Shown one piece after another: positions 19,567 to 29,671 of a stretch of DNA of 64,000 nt. The notes below the pieces were generated by a model. It was not told the DNA's origin. It made no database searches and saw only the letters and a program-made list of their open reading frames with translations. Positions within the stretch are counted from its first letter, which is position 1; the number at the start of each line of letters is the position of its first letter. Where the stretch lies: the NCBI GenBank assembly GCA_018652045.1, contig JABICX010000017.1, forward strand, positions 6,293 to 70,292. Direction: 5' to 3'. The DNA is from Candidatus Woesearchaeota archaeon (GTDB taxonomy: Archaea > Nanobdellota > Nanobdellia > UBA10117 > JABICX01). A program made the position numbers and the translations under genes.

Positions 19567-19900
19567 CTTCCAATAGTTCAACAAAAACTGTCTCGTGCCC
19601 AACTAAATGATGTGCGATAAGCAGCTCTATATCTGTCGACTCACATAATATGCCTGCGTTTTCAGCAGCTTCTGTAGGTCTACTAACTTTAACATGATAA
19701 TTTATACCCCCGTCTACGCCACCTTCTCGAAGGTCGCCAACTAAAACAAATATTCTTTCGTAAAACGGTTCTTGTTCGACAGTTACACCAGTACTTCGCG
19801 CATGTACGTATCCTCGAGCTTTTTTCAGATAAGGATCTAATCGATGTGTACGAATATCATTTATATCTACTTCTTGGCCGTCAATCAGATCTGTCATCAT
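19523..19900 (-). CDS. Hypothetical protein wedged between rfcS and rfcL
   Basis: 125 aa ORF from MMTDLI, overlapping both RFC genes by short stretches. Confidence 0.45.
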   Translation of the reverse strand: MMTDLIDGQEVDINDIRTHRLDPYLKKARGYVHARSTGVTVEQEPFYERIFVLVGDLREGGVDGGINYHVKVSRPTEAAENAGILCESTDIELLIAHHLVGHETVFVELLEDETLGTKIPAEEPQ

Positions 19901-20912
19901 CTTTCTCCTCTTTCCGTCTATGAAGAAGTGAAATATCTGGAAGAAGTTTCCAGCTACCTTTAGCAAACTGCGCAAACTGCGCAATCATAGCTTCTAGTTG
20001 AATAAACTCGTTAGAACCTTCAACTAACCTAAACTCATAATCTCCACAAATCTTGATAAGTTCTAATCGGATCTTCTCATCAAGTGAGTCGATATTCCAT
20101 ATCTGCTTTTGAATCTGAGCAATAACATCCATACCACTCAGACCGTGTTTAATCATAACATCGAAGAGTCGTTCCTTTGCATCTAGGAATTTTCCTGCCA
20201 AAGCTTTCTCGATAACACTTGCGACCTCCTTTGGTTCTGCAAACGAAACTACTTGCTCAACAATCTTAGTATCAATCTCCTGCGCAATTGCGGAACAAGC
20301 TTGCAATAGATTCTCTGCCTTTCTACAATCTCCCTCGCTAGCTTCATACAAGAAGCTAAGTGCTCCTGCAGTCATCATCAACCCTTCTCGTTCTGAAACT
20401 TCGGTTAGGATTTTAATCATAATATCTTTTGGGAGTGGCTTGAATCTAAAGATCGCACATCGACTTTGAATCGGAGGGATAATCTTTGAAGAATAGTTAC
20501 AACTCAATATGAAACGCGTGCTTTGTGCATAGTCTTCCATAGTTCTACGCAATGCGTGTTGAGCATCTTTTGTCAGAGAATCTGCCTCGTCTAAATAAAT
20601 AATCTTAAATGGAACATCTTGGATCGCCCTTGAACGAGCAAAGTCTTTTATCTTGTTTCTTACAACATCAATTCCACGCTCATCACTCGCATTCAACTCT
20701 AAAACCGCAGTACTCCAATTATCTCCAAACAAATCTTTAGCTAACGCAACTGCTGCTGAAGTCTTACCAACACCTGCCGGTCCTGCAAACAATAGATGCG
20801 GCATATTTTTAGATTTAACAAAAGCCTTAAGTCTAGATGATACTGCATCCTGACCTCTAACCTGATCAAGAGTCTTAGGCCGATACTTCTCAGTCCATAT
20901 CTCTAGTGCCAT
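19881..20912 (-). CDS. rfcS: Replication factor C small subunit
   Basis: WTEKYRP, GPAGVGKT, ELNASDERG, LDEAD, IQSRC; no intein. Confidence 0.96.
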   Translation of the reverse strand: MALEIWTEKYRPKTLDQVRGQDAVSSRLKAFVKSKNMPHLLFAGPAGVGKTSAAVALAKDLFGDNWSTAVLELNASDERGIDVVRNKIKDFARSRAIQDVPFKIIYLDEADSLTKDAQHALRRTMEDYAQSTRFILSCNYSSKIIPPIQSRCAIFRFKPLPKDIMIKILTEVSEREGLMMTAGALSFLYEASEGDCRKAENLLQACSAIAQEIDTKIVEQVVSFAEPKEVASVIEKALAGKFLDAKERLFDVMIKHGLSGMDVIAQIQKQIWNIDSLDEKIRLELIKICGDYEFRLVEGSNEFIQLEAMIAQFAQFAKGSWKLLPDISLLHRRKEEKDDDRSD

Positions 20913-21051
20913 GCAGTCTACGCTAGACCAGAAACTTTAAAAGCATTTATTCATTCAATAGATCATGGTAAAAGGTGATTACCCCATCATATTGTAAGAA
21001 TAATACATCTAGTCACCAAACCGTTTTAAATTCTACAGGAGTTGTTTTGTA

Positions 21052-24000
21052 ATGGCACTATATAGTCCGCAAGACTTTGAACGAGACATACTCGCATTCT
21101 GGGAAAAGAACAAAACATTTGACAAACTACAAAAAAAGAATGCAAAAGGTCCGCGCTTTTCTTTTACAGACGGTCCTATAACTGCCAATAATTCTATGGG
21201 AGTACATCATGCTTCAGCTAGAACTATAAAAGATCTATATCAACGATATAAAGCAATGCAGGGATTTCATCAGCGATACCAGAATGGATTTGATTGTCAG
21301 GGCCTATGGGTTGAAAGGGAAGTTGAAAAACAATTAGGTTTCAGCGGTAAACACGACATTGAAAAATATGGCATTCTAAAATTTGTTACAGCGTGTAGAG
21401 CAAGAGTTGAAAAGTATTCTAAATTAATGACGGAGCAATCTATTCGATTAGGACAATGGATGGATTGGGATAATTCTTACTATACAATGTCTGACAAATC
21501 TAATGAGTACAAATGGATGTTCCTGAAAGAGTGTTACAAACGAGGATGGCTCTACAAAGGAATTGATTCAGTTCCATGGTGTCCACGATGTGCAAGCATT
21601 GAATCAAAACATGCTATAGCGACTGAAGGTTATGAAGATGTAGAAGACACTGCAATCTATATGCAGTTCCCAGTTAGCGGTAAAAAGAAGGAATACTTCT
21701 TAGTCTGGACAACAACTCCATGGACAGTTCCTGCAGATGTTGCATTAGCAGTTCATCCCGATGTCTATTATGTTCAAGCACAAGTTGGTCAGAAAGTTTA
21801 CATAATTGCAGAGAGTCGCGCAGAAGCAACTCTTGGAAAGAAATACAAAGTTCTAAACAAGTTCTTAGGAACTGATCTTATTGGACAAACTTATGACATG
21901 CCTTACAAAAATCTACCTGCTCAGAAAAGCAGCATCATGAGTGGCGCAAAGTCAGCAGATGATGTTGGTCCTGCACCACACATTGTTGTAGAGTGGAACG
22001 AAGTTAGTGATGAAGATGGAACAGGCATTGTTCACATCGCACCTGGCTGCGGTCCAGAAGATCATGATTTAGGAAAACGTGAAAGACTTCCTGCACCATC
22101 ACCATTAAATGAAGTTGGTAAATATATTGAAGGTTATGGTTGGCTAACTGGTAAAAGTTCTTCTGATATGAATGAAAAAGTTGTTGAAGATTTAGATAAA
22201 CGTGGTTTTCTTTACAAGAAAGAAAAGTATAGTCATAGATATCCACACTGTACACGTTGTAGGACTCCACTTGTTTTCAGAGTCGTTCCTGCATGGTATA
22301 TTTCAATGGATGAAATCAGACCAAAGTTAATTGAAGAAAATCAGAAAATCAAATGGGTTCCCGAACAAGGACAGAAATATGAAGACAACTGGCTTAAAAA
22401 TATGAGTGATTGGTTAATCTCACGTAAGAGATACTGGGGACTACCTCTTCCGATCTGGGAATGTGACTGCGGACATATTGAAGTTATTGGAAGTAAATCA
22501 GAATTAAAAAAGAAATCTGTTTCAGGTTATGATCAACTTAAAGAACTACACAGACCGTGGGTAGATAAAGTTAAGATTAAATGTCCTAGTTGTAAGAAAG
22601 TAGTAAATAGAGTTATTGACACTGGAGATGTTTGGTTAGATGCTGGTATGATTCCGTTCTTTACATTGGATTGGGAAAAGAACAAGAAATACTTTAATGA
22701 ATGGTATCCTGCTGACTTAATTGTTGAATGCGGACCGGGACAATATCGTTGTTGGTTTTACGCTATGATATTACATGGTGTTGCACTCACGGGAAAGTAT
22801 CCCTTCAAAAATGTAGCAACAATCGAATTAGTAAAAGATAAAGATGGCCGTGAGATGCACAAGAGTTGGGGAAATGCGATATGGTTTGATGAAGCTGCAG
22901 ATAAAGTCGGAGCCGATGTTGTACGATGGTTATACACAATAAAAGATCCAACAAAAGAAATTCTATTTGGATGGGATATTGCAAAAGAAAAACAAAGATC
23001 ATTAAATGTACTCTGGAATTTTACAAACTATCTAGATTTGAATCTTACTAAAAAACCAACTAAACCTACAAAACTCAGTGCTAAAAGTAAATGGTTACTC
23101 TCTCGAATGGAGTCTCTAAAGTTAAGTGTAACTAAAAACTTAGATGCATTATTACAATCTATAGCAGCTAATTCAATAGAAGATTTCTTCCTTAATGATC
23201 TATCTAGAACCTATGGTCAGATGATCCGAGACGAGATCGATAGCAAAGAAGTGCAATATGTCATCTACAATGTAACTCTTGACTTGCTAAAACTTATGGC
23301 GCCATTTGTTCCGTTCACAACAGAGAAGCTTTACCAAGATGTTTTCAATAAGTACGAAACTAAACAATCAATTCATCTATTTGATTGGCCAAAAGCTAAC
23401 CAAAAACTTATTGACAAGAAACTTGAACAAGAGTTTGAATCTGTAGGTAGAACAATCTCGTTGATACTTGCTGCTCGAGAGAAAACAAATCGTGGAGTAA
23501 GATGGCCAGTTAAAGAAGCCACAATTGTAACAAGAACTAAAGCAGTTAAAGACGCGATAAAGAGACATGAAACTTTGATTAAACAACTTACAAATGTTTT
23601 AGCAATTAAAACGTCTCGTGAGATGAAAGGTGTCTCTTACAATATCAAACTAAACTTTGCAAACGCAGGGCCAAAATTTGGTAATAATGTAGTTAAGTTA
23701 GTCAGTTACATTACTCGTGAAAGTCCTGAAAGCATAATAGAACATCTTGATAAGGAAGGCAAAGTTACTGCGAAGATCAAATCTGATTATCATGAACTTG
23801 TAAGAGAAGATCTAATCATCGAAGAAAAACTACCTGATGAGACAAGTAGTGCAAAAGAAAAGAACATTGCAGTTTACTTAGATACACATGAAACTACTGA
23901 CATGATCAACTCAGGATTTATGCGAGAGGTTGTAAGAAAAACTCAGACATTAAGAAAAACTTCGGGATTGACAAAAGCAGATAAGATCAGTCTGCAAGTT

Positions 24001-24165
24001 GCTGCGCCAGTTAGTCTTACAGTCAGTCTCAGAAAACTTGCAAAAGAGATTAAGAAACGAGTTGGTGCTTCTGAGCTAGAATTTGTTGCGCAAGTCACAA
24101 TGAAACACACTGATAGTTTTACTGTCCGCTCAAAGAAGATCGAGATTGGCTTAAAACGCATCTAG
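21052..24165 (+). CDS. ileS: Isoleucine-tRNA ligase
   Basis: DGPITAN-MGVHH (HIGH-like), GFDCQGL, WTTTPWT, GTGIVHIAPG, ISRKRYWG, EMHKS (KMSKS-like). Confidence 0.95.
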   Translation: MALYSPQDFERDILAFWEKNKTFDKLQKKNAKGPRFSFTDGPITANNSMGVHHASARTIKDLYQRYKAMQGFHQRYQNGFDCQGLWVEREVEKQLGFSGKHDIEKYGILKFVTACRARVEKYSKLMTEQSIRLGQWMDWDNSYYTMSDKSNEYKWMFLKECYKRGWLYKGIDSVPWCPRCASIESKHAIATEGYEDVEDTAIYMQFPVSGKKKEYFLVWTTTPWTVPADVALAVHPDVYYVQAQVGQKVYIIAESRAEATLGKKYKVLNKFLGTDLIGQTYDMPYKNLPAQKSSIMSGAKSADDVGPAPHIVVEWNEVSDEDGTGIVHIAPGCGPEDHDLGKRERLPAPSPLNEVGKYIEGYGWLTGKSSSDMNEKVVEDLDKRGFLYKKEKYSHRYPHCTRCRTPLVFRVVPAWYISMDEIRPKLIEENQKIKWVPEQGQKYEDNWLKNMSDWLISRKRYWGLPLPIWECDCGHIEVIGSKSELKKKSVSGYDQLKELHRPWVDKVKIKCPSCKKVVNRVIDTGDVWLDAGMIPFFTLDWEKNKKYFNEWYPADLIVECGPGQYRCWFYAMILHGVALTGKYPFKNVATIELVKDKDGREMHKSWGNAIWFDEAADKVGADVVRWLYTIKDPTKEILFGWDIAKEKQRSLNVLWNFTNYLDLNLTKKPTKPTKLSAKSKWLLSRMESLKLSVTKNLDALLQSIAANSIEDFFLNDLSRTYGQMIRDEIDSKEVQYVIYNVTLDLLKLMAPFVPFTTEKLYQDVFNKYETKQSIHLFDWPKANQKLIDKKLEQEFESVGRTISLILAAREKTNRGVRWPVKEATIVTRTKAVKDAIKRHETLIKQLTNVLAIKTSREMKGVSYNIKLNFANAGPKFGNNVVKLVSYITRESPESIIEHLDKEGKVTAKIKSDYHELVREDLIIEEKLPDETSSAKEKNIAVYLDTHETTDMINSGFMREVVRKTQTLRKTSGLTKADKISLQVAAPVSLTVSLRKLAKEIKKRVGASELEFVAQVTMKHTDSFTVRSKKIEIGLKRI

Positions 24166-24257
24166 TCGAACATAGAAAATCTAGCAAAAACGTGTTCCTA
24201 CCCCGAAGTGTTCTAAAAGGCTTTATAAAGATGAGTCTTTATAAAAGGACGATATAC

Positions 24258-24881
24258 ATGGATGCAGTTAAAAAGAAATCTAAATTTAAAGGTCCTGACG
24301 GTAAGGTCTGGTCAGAGACTCAGAACGTTGTTGTCTCAGCAAGCATTGACACCGATCTACCTTTAGAGAGATTAGCTACTAAACTAGATAGAGCAGAATA
24401 TAATCCAGAACAGTTTCCAGGTCTCATCTTTAAAATTGATGAACCAAAGGCAAGTTCTTTATTATTCAGCTCAGGAAAGATTATCTGTACTGGAACAAAA
24501 TCAATAACTGAAGCTAAGAAAGCTATCAACAAGATCTTAGATGAACTAAGAAAGGTTGGAATCAAAGTTACAAAAGCTCGCGACATAGAAGTCCAGAATA
24601 TGGTTGCTTCAGGTTCAGTCGGTGGAAAACTTAACTTGAATGAGATTGTCTTTAAGTTTGACAATACAGAATACGAACCAGAACAGTTTCCCGGATTAGT
24701 ATACAAACTAGTTGGACAGTCAGTTCTTGCAAACATAACCTTCCTGCTTTTCGGAACAGGTAAGATAGTTATAACTGGTGCAAAAAGCGAACAACAGATC
24801 AAAGACTCCGTTCTATTACTCCGAAAGCAGCTAATTAAAGAAGGCGAACTAGACGCTAAAAGCAGTCCACTAAATAAGTAG
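24258..24881 (+). CDS. tbp: TATA-box binding protein
   Basis: Two repeats with EYNPEQFPGL / EYEPEQFPGL and FSSGKIICTG / FGTGKIVITG. Confidence 0.96.
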   Translation: MDAVKKKSKFKGPDGKVWSETQNVVVSASIDTDLPLERLATKLDRAEYNPEQFPGLIFKIDEPKASSLLFSSGKIICTGTKSITEAKKAINKILDELRKVGIKVTKARDIEVQNMVASGSVGGKLNLNEIVFKFDNTEYEPEQFPGLVYKLVGQSVLANITFLLFGTGKIVITGAKSEQQIKDSVLLLRKQLIKEGELDAKSSPLNK

Positions 24882-24952
24882 ACTGTTTCTATTTTATTTT
24901 AAATTTGATAGATCATACAAATTCTTTAATTACCTTAGTCTTAGTCTGACCT

Positions 24953-26992
24953 ATGGTCAAGGATATCGAGAAGAATCTTACAGATCGCTTACGGGTTTTC
25001 ATAGAGCAATACTATTACAAAGACCTCATGAAGATTGTCAAGCGAGGTAAAGAAAGCTTGGAGATCGACTTCGGAGACATTGCTAAGTTTGACATTGACA
25101 TAGCAGATGCACTTCTTCTGGATCCTCAGAAAATTATAGAATACTTCGAAGCAGCTATCAAAGAATTTGATCTACCTAAAGAGTATGATAGCCTGAAAAT
25201 TAATGTTCGGATATTCAGTCTTCCAAAGAATCAATATGTAAGGATCAGAGACATCCGAAGTAAACATCTTGGAAAGCTAGTTCATATCGATGGTCTAATC
25301 AGACAGGCGTCAACAGTCCGTCCAAAAGTTACTCGCGCCTATTTCCTATGTCCTGCATGTAATCAAACAATAATCAAAGAACAAACTGAAAACAAGTTCC
25401 AAGAACCGGCTAAGTGTCCGAGCTGTGGAAAGAAAGGGAGATTCAACTTACAAGAGAAACGACTTGTAGACATGCAACGTCTTCTAGTCGAAGAGACTCC
25501 CGAATCATTAACTGGTGGAGAACAATCTAGCAGAATTGCAGCATTTCTCTCTGCAGATTTATTAGATCCAAACGATGCTCACAAAAGAGATCCTGGAAAC
25601 AAGGTCATTATAACTGGCATAATTAGAGAGGTACAACTTCCCTTAGCAACTGGCGGAAAATCAACAAAGTACGATTTACTCGTAGATGTAAATCACCTCG
25701 ATACAGTAGAAGAAGAATTCGGAGATATTGAAATATCTCCTGAGGAAGAGACTACTATCAAAGAGCTTGCAAAGCATCCTAAGATATATAGCAAACTTAC
25801 TAAATCTGTTGCGCCATCAATCATGGGTCATGACGAGATTAAACTTGCTCTAGCTATGCAGTTATTTGGTGGAGCTGCAAAAGAGCGAGCTGATGGGACG
25901 CGGATGCGAGGTGACATGCATATATTCTTAGTAGGTGATCCTGGAGCTGGTAAGTCTGAGATGCTGAAGTACATATCAAATCTAGCTCCAAAAGCAAGAT
26001 ATATTTCTGGAAAAGGTGTTTCTGGAGCAGGTATTACTGCGAGTGTTGTCAAAGATGAATTTATGAAAGGTTGGGCGCTAGAAGCTGGAGCACTTGTACT
26101 CGCAAATAAAGGTATCATCTGTCTTGATGAGATGGACAAGATGGGTGCAGAAGACCGAAGTGCTATGCATGAAGCTATGGAACAGCAAAAGATTACAATA
26201 GCTAAAGCAAACATTCAAGCAACTTTACGTGCAGAGACGTCAGTACTTGCTGCAGCAAATCCAAAGTTCGGGCGATTCGATCCATACTCTCCAATCGGAC
26301 AACAGATTGATCTACCTGCTACGTTGATCAACAGATTTGATTTAATCTTTCCGATCCGTGATATACCTAATGTTGAACAAGATACAAAGATAGCTAAACA
26401 TGTATTAGAACTTCAACGAGATATTGAGTCTGCGAAGCCGGATATTGAAAGAGATTTATTTAGAAAGTACATTGCATATGCAAAACAACACTGCTTCCCA
26501 AAGCTATCTGATGCGGCACAGGAAGCTATCCTCAAGTTTTACATTGACTTACGCGGTGCTGCTGCTCGAGAAGAATCTGAAGTTAAACCAATCCCAATCT
26601 CAGCTCGTCAGTTACAAGCACTTGTAAGATTAGCAGAATCATCTGCACGAATCAGATTAAGCAGCACAGTTACAAAGAAAGATGCTCAACGAGCGATAGA
26701 CTTATTGCAGTCATGTATGAAAGCGGTTGGAACCGATCCAGAGACAGGTAAGTTTGATATTGACAGAATCAGTACAGGAATCACAGCAACTCAACGGTCG
26801 AGAATACATATTGTTAAAAGTATAATTGACAAACTAGAAACGAAGCTTGGAAAAGTTGTTCCAATCACTGACATAACAAAAGATGCGATCAGTGAAGGAA
26901 TACCTGAAGCTAAAGCAGAGGAGATCATACAAAATCTTATTAAGACCGGTGATCTTTTCTCACCAAAGTACGGTTTAGTACAAAAGATATAA
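24953..26992 (+). CDS. mcm: Replicative helicase MCM
   Basis: CPAC..CPSC zinc finger, GDPGAGKS, LDEMDKM, AAANPKFGR, RFDLIF; no intein. Confidence 0.97.
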   Translation: MVKDIEKNLTDRLRVFIEQYYYKDLMKIVKRGKESLEIDFGDIAKFDIDIADALLLDPQKIIEYFEAAIKEFDLPKEYDSLKINVRIFSLPKNQYVRIRDIRSKHLGKLVHIDGLIRQASTVRPKVTRAYFLCPACNQTIIKEQTENKFQEPAKCPSCGKKGRFNLQEKRLVDMQRLLVEETPESLTGGEQSSRIAAFLSADLLDPNDAHKRDPGNKVIITGIIREVQLPLATGGKSTKYDLLVDVNHLDTVEEEFGDIEISPEEETTIKELAKHPKIYSKLTKSVAPSIMGHDEIKLALAMQLFGGAAKERADGTRMRGDMHIFLVGDPGAGKSEMLKYISNLAPKARYISGKGVSGAGITASVVKDEFMKGWALEAGALVLANKGIICLDEMDKMGAEDRSAMHEAMEQQKITIAKANIQATLRAETSVLAAANPKFGRFDPYSPIGQQIDLPATLINRFDLIFPIRDIPNVEQDTKIAKHVLELQRDIESAKPDIERDLFRKYIAYAKQHCFPKLSDAAQEAILKFYIDLRGAAAREESEVKPIPISARQLQALVRLAESSARIRLSSTVTKKDAQRAIDLLQSCMKAVGTDPETGKFDIDRISTGITATQRSRIHIVKSIIDKLETKLGKVVPITDITKDAISEGIPEAKAEEIIQNLIKTGDLFSPKYGLVQKI

Positions 26993-26997
26993 TCAAA

Positions 26998-27711
26998 ATG
27001 GTAATGAATAGATCAATCGCATACAGAGTTTGGATATCTGATGTAGTTAGTGGTAACTACATAAAACAAGAAGGTTTTAACCCAAACTATATTGTATTAG
27101 ACGATAAGCAAGTCTCTAGAGTAAATGTTATGGCTACAGTTGTTGGAAAGTTCCTATCTGAAGATGGCAACTATGGCGCAATAACTATTGATGATGGAAC
27201 TGAAACCATACGCGCAAAAGCATTTGGACCTGATGTCAAAAAAATAGATGCTGCAGAGATTGGCAAACTGATCAAGTTCATTGGTAAGATCAAAGAGTAT
27301 AATGATGAACGATATCTTGCGCCTGATTTCGTAAGAGAGATCAAAGATCCTAACTGGCTAACTGTCTGGCATCTAGAACGTGGTGAACCAAAAGTTAGGG
27401 AGGCACCTACACCGTCAGAGCCTGTCTCAGAAATTCCAACGTCAGCTCCAACAGAAAATGTAGGCGCAACCGAATCTAACGAAACTCCACCTACTGAACC
27501 AACAAAGACAGAAGAGCCTGCAGCTAACACTGCAGAACATCCTAACTTCCTAGAACTTATAGCAAAACTAGATACAGGTGATGGTGCAGAAATGCAAGCA
27601 GTAATCGCTGACTGCAAGCTTTCTGAACAAGAGGCTCGCATAATCATAATCGACTTACTTAAGCAAGGCGAAGTCTATGAACCTCGCAAAGGCAAACTGA
27701 AAGTCTTATAA
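26998..27711 (+). CDS. RPA2/RPA32-like OB-fold ssDNA-binding protein with C-terminal winged helix
   Basis: SRVNVMATVV, IDDGTETIRAKAF, linker, GEVYEPRKG. Confidence 0.85.
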   Translation: MVMNRSIAYRVWISDVVSGNYIKQEGFNPNYIVLDDKQVSRVNVMATVVGKFLSEDGNYGAITIDDGTETIRAKAFGPDVKKIDAAEIGKLIKFIGKIKEYNDERYLAPDFVREIKDPNWLTVWHLERGEPKVREAPTPSEPVSEIPTSAPTENVGATESNETPPTEPTKTEEPAANTAEHPNFLELIAKLDTGDGAEMQAVIADCKLSEQEARIIIIDLLKQGEVYEPRKGKLKVL

Positions 27712-27733
27712 AGCCCTTTTCTCAATTCTACGT

Positions 27734-28153
27734 ATGGCTTGGAAACATACATACGAAGATATGCTTAAAAAGGCTTACAAGTTGCTGCCAAAAGTAACTG
27801 CTAAAGACAGTCGTTTTGAAATACCTAAAGTTCACGGTAGGTTACAAGGTAACAAGACAATTATAACTAACTTTAATCAGATATCAAACCACCTACGACG
27901 TGAAGAAAGCCATTTCTTAAAGTTCATGCTTAGAGAGTTAGCAACAACGGGTGAAGTCGGTAGTGGAACTGCCACCTTCATGGGTAAGCACTCTCCAGCA
28001 AGTCTTAACCTCAAAGTCGAAAAGTATGTTAAAGAGTTCGTACTATGTAAACAATGTGGAAAGCCAGACACTGAATTGATCGTTGAAAAAGGAACTACTT
28101 TCAAACGCTGCGAGGCTTGTGGATCACGAACTTCTGTCCGTTCTATAAAGTAA
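27734..28153 (+). CDS. eif2b: Translation initiation factor 2 subunit beta
   Basis: RFEIP, GNKTIITNF, RELAT, CKQCGKPDT, CEACG. Confidence 0.95.
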   Translation: MAWKHTYEDMLKKAYKLLPKVTAKDSRFEIPKVHGRLQGNKTIITNFNQISNHLRREESHFLKFMLRELATTGEVGSGTATFMGKHSPASLNLKVEKYVKEFVLCKQCGKPDTELIVEKGTTFKRCEACGSRTSVRSIK

Positions 28154-28179
28154 AGACTTTTATGTATAGAAGTAATTCT

Positions 28180-28536
28180 ATGAATATGAGAAATTTAATC
28201 ATTGTACTTGCAATTATAAGTGTGATTCTAGTTAGTGGTTGTACACAACCCAATGTCCCTGAAGATCCAACTCCCGTATCAACTGATTCTCAAGAAAGAT
28301 GTATTGAACTTTGTAGAGAACAGATAGCAAATGGTATTGATTTAAGTAACGGTCCATGTCTATCTGAAACAGATGGTCTTGACTGGGATATTGATGATTG
28401 GGTCTGTGATGTAGCACATGAACCACGAAAACTTATTGACGACAATGCACTCCACCAGTGTCAAGAATACCGAAAAGAACGAGCAGCGCACTTTGTTGAA
28501 GTTACACCTAACTGTGAGTTCATCCGGAAAGCATAA
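28180..28536 (+). CDS. Cys-rich putative lipoprotein
   Basis: Hydrophobic leader with LVSGC lipobox-like motif; GPCLS, WVCDVAH. Confidence 0.7.
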   Translation: MNMRNLIIVLAIISVILVSGCTQPNVPEDPTPVSTDSQERCIELCREQIANGIDLSNGPCLSETDGLDWDIDDWVCDVAHEPRKLIDDNALHQCQEYRKERAAHFVEVTPNCEFIRKA

Positions 28537-28835
28537 TGTTTTACTATAAAATTCACGAAAGCCATGCTGGGTATCTAATCGCAGCTTGCGATAAGTCTAT
28601 TTGTGGCAAAACCTTGAAAAGCAAAGGTCTAGAGTTTCATGTCAATCCTCGATTCTACAAAGACAAGACTGCTTCGCCAACACAGATGAAAAAACTCCTC
28701 CAGATTGCATCCTCTGCAAACTTAATTGGCAAAGACGTTGTTCAGCTAGCTGTCGATCTTGGATTAATCGACAAAGAGAACGTGATCAAGATCCAAGGAA
28801 TCCCGCATGCTCAAGTGGTAGTTGTACAACTATGA
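28536..28835 (+). CDS. DUF424 family protein
   Basis: LIAACD..GK, FY, ANLIG, IQGIPHAQ. Confidence 0.85.
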   Translation: MFYYKIHESHAGYLIAACDKSICGKTLKSKGLEFHVNPRFYKDKTASPTQMKKLLQIASSANLIGKDVVQLAVDLGLIDKENVIKIQGIPHAQVVVVQL

Positions 28836-29368
28836 AAGTTAAAAGATTCGAAGGAATGAGTAGTTGCTATCTAATTCAAGGTAAGCAGAATGTTCTAATC
28901 GATGCAGGAGCTGATGTTCATGATAGAGTTGACATAGTCATTCTAACTCACAGCCACTTTGATCACATAGCATATCTACACCACATTGTCAAACGGAACA
29001 AATGCAAGGTATATGTTAGCGAGAAAGAGAAGCAGGACATTGAGACTATTTCTGAAAAAACTATGTATCGTTGGTCTCCAATCCAGCTAGAACCTGTCAA
29101 AGTACATAAAACGCTCAAGGAAGGTGATCTATTGAAGTTCGATGGATTCTCTCTCCGAGTTATTGAAAGCCCAGGCCATACTGATGGGTCGATCAGTCTC
29201 TACAACGAAGATACATGTGAACTATTCTCTGGCGATACCGTGTTTAATTTCAACGGCGTCTTTGGAAGAACCGACTGTCCTTCGGGATCACATAAGGACC
29301 TATTTTGCTCTATTGACAAGCTCAAGTCATTAAAGATCAAAAAACTCTATCCCGGACATGATTACTAA
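28832..29368 (+). CDS. Metallo-beta-lactamase-fold hydrolase (glyoxalase II-like)
   Basis: THSHFDH, PGHTDG, SGD, PGH; start MKVKRF (ATGA overlap). Confidence 0.9.
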   Translation: MKVKRFEGMSSCYLIQGKQNVLIDAGADVHDRVDIVILTHSHFDHIAYLHHIVKRNKCKVYVSEKEKQDIETISEKTMYRWSPIQLEPVKVHKTLKEGDLLKFDGFSLRVIESPGHTDGSISLYNEDTCELFSGDTVFNFNGVFGRTDCPSGSHKDLFCSIDKLKSLKIKKLYPGHDY

Positions 29369-29403
29369 CGCAATTAGTTCCTTAAGGCGACTTAAAATAT
29401 TAA

Positions 29404-29476
29404 TAGCCCCGCCAGGATTCGAACCTAGGTCCCCCGGCCCAGAACCGGAGATGATTGGCCACTACACTACGGGGCT
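29404..29476 (-). tRNA. tRNA-Gln(CTG)
   Basis: AGCCCCG/CGGGGCT-A, TCCGG-TTCTGGG-CCGGG, TTCGAAT T-loop. Confidence 0.93.
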
Positions 29477-29524
29477 ATATTAGTAAGTGTTATAAATTCA
29501 TTTTAAAGTCTTTTGTTATTGAAA

Positions 29525-29596
29525 GGGCCTGTAGTATAGTGGATAGAACGGTCGGTTGCGGACCGACAGACGGGAGTTCAATTCTTCCCAGGCCCG
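29525..29596 (+). tRNA. tRNA-Arg(GCG)
   Basis: GGGCCTG/CAGGCCC-G, GTCGG-TTGCGGA-CCGAC, TTCAATT T-loop. Confidence 0.93.
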
Positions 29597-29671
29597 GTTC
29601 AGAACATACATGCAACTAGTTAAAATTTCTCAAAGAGGAAATTTATATATTCTATGAAACACATCTAAAGT

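Noticed and set aside
19881-26992. Inteins in rfcS or mcm, and introns in the tRNAs
   Set aside because: Protein lengths and motifs are contiguous; all four tRNAs fold without insertions
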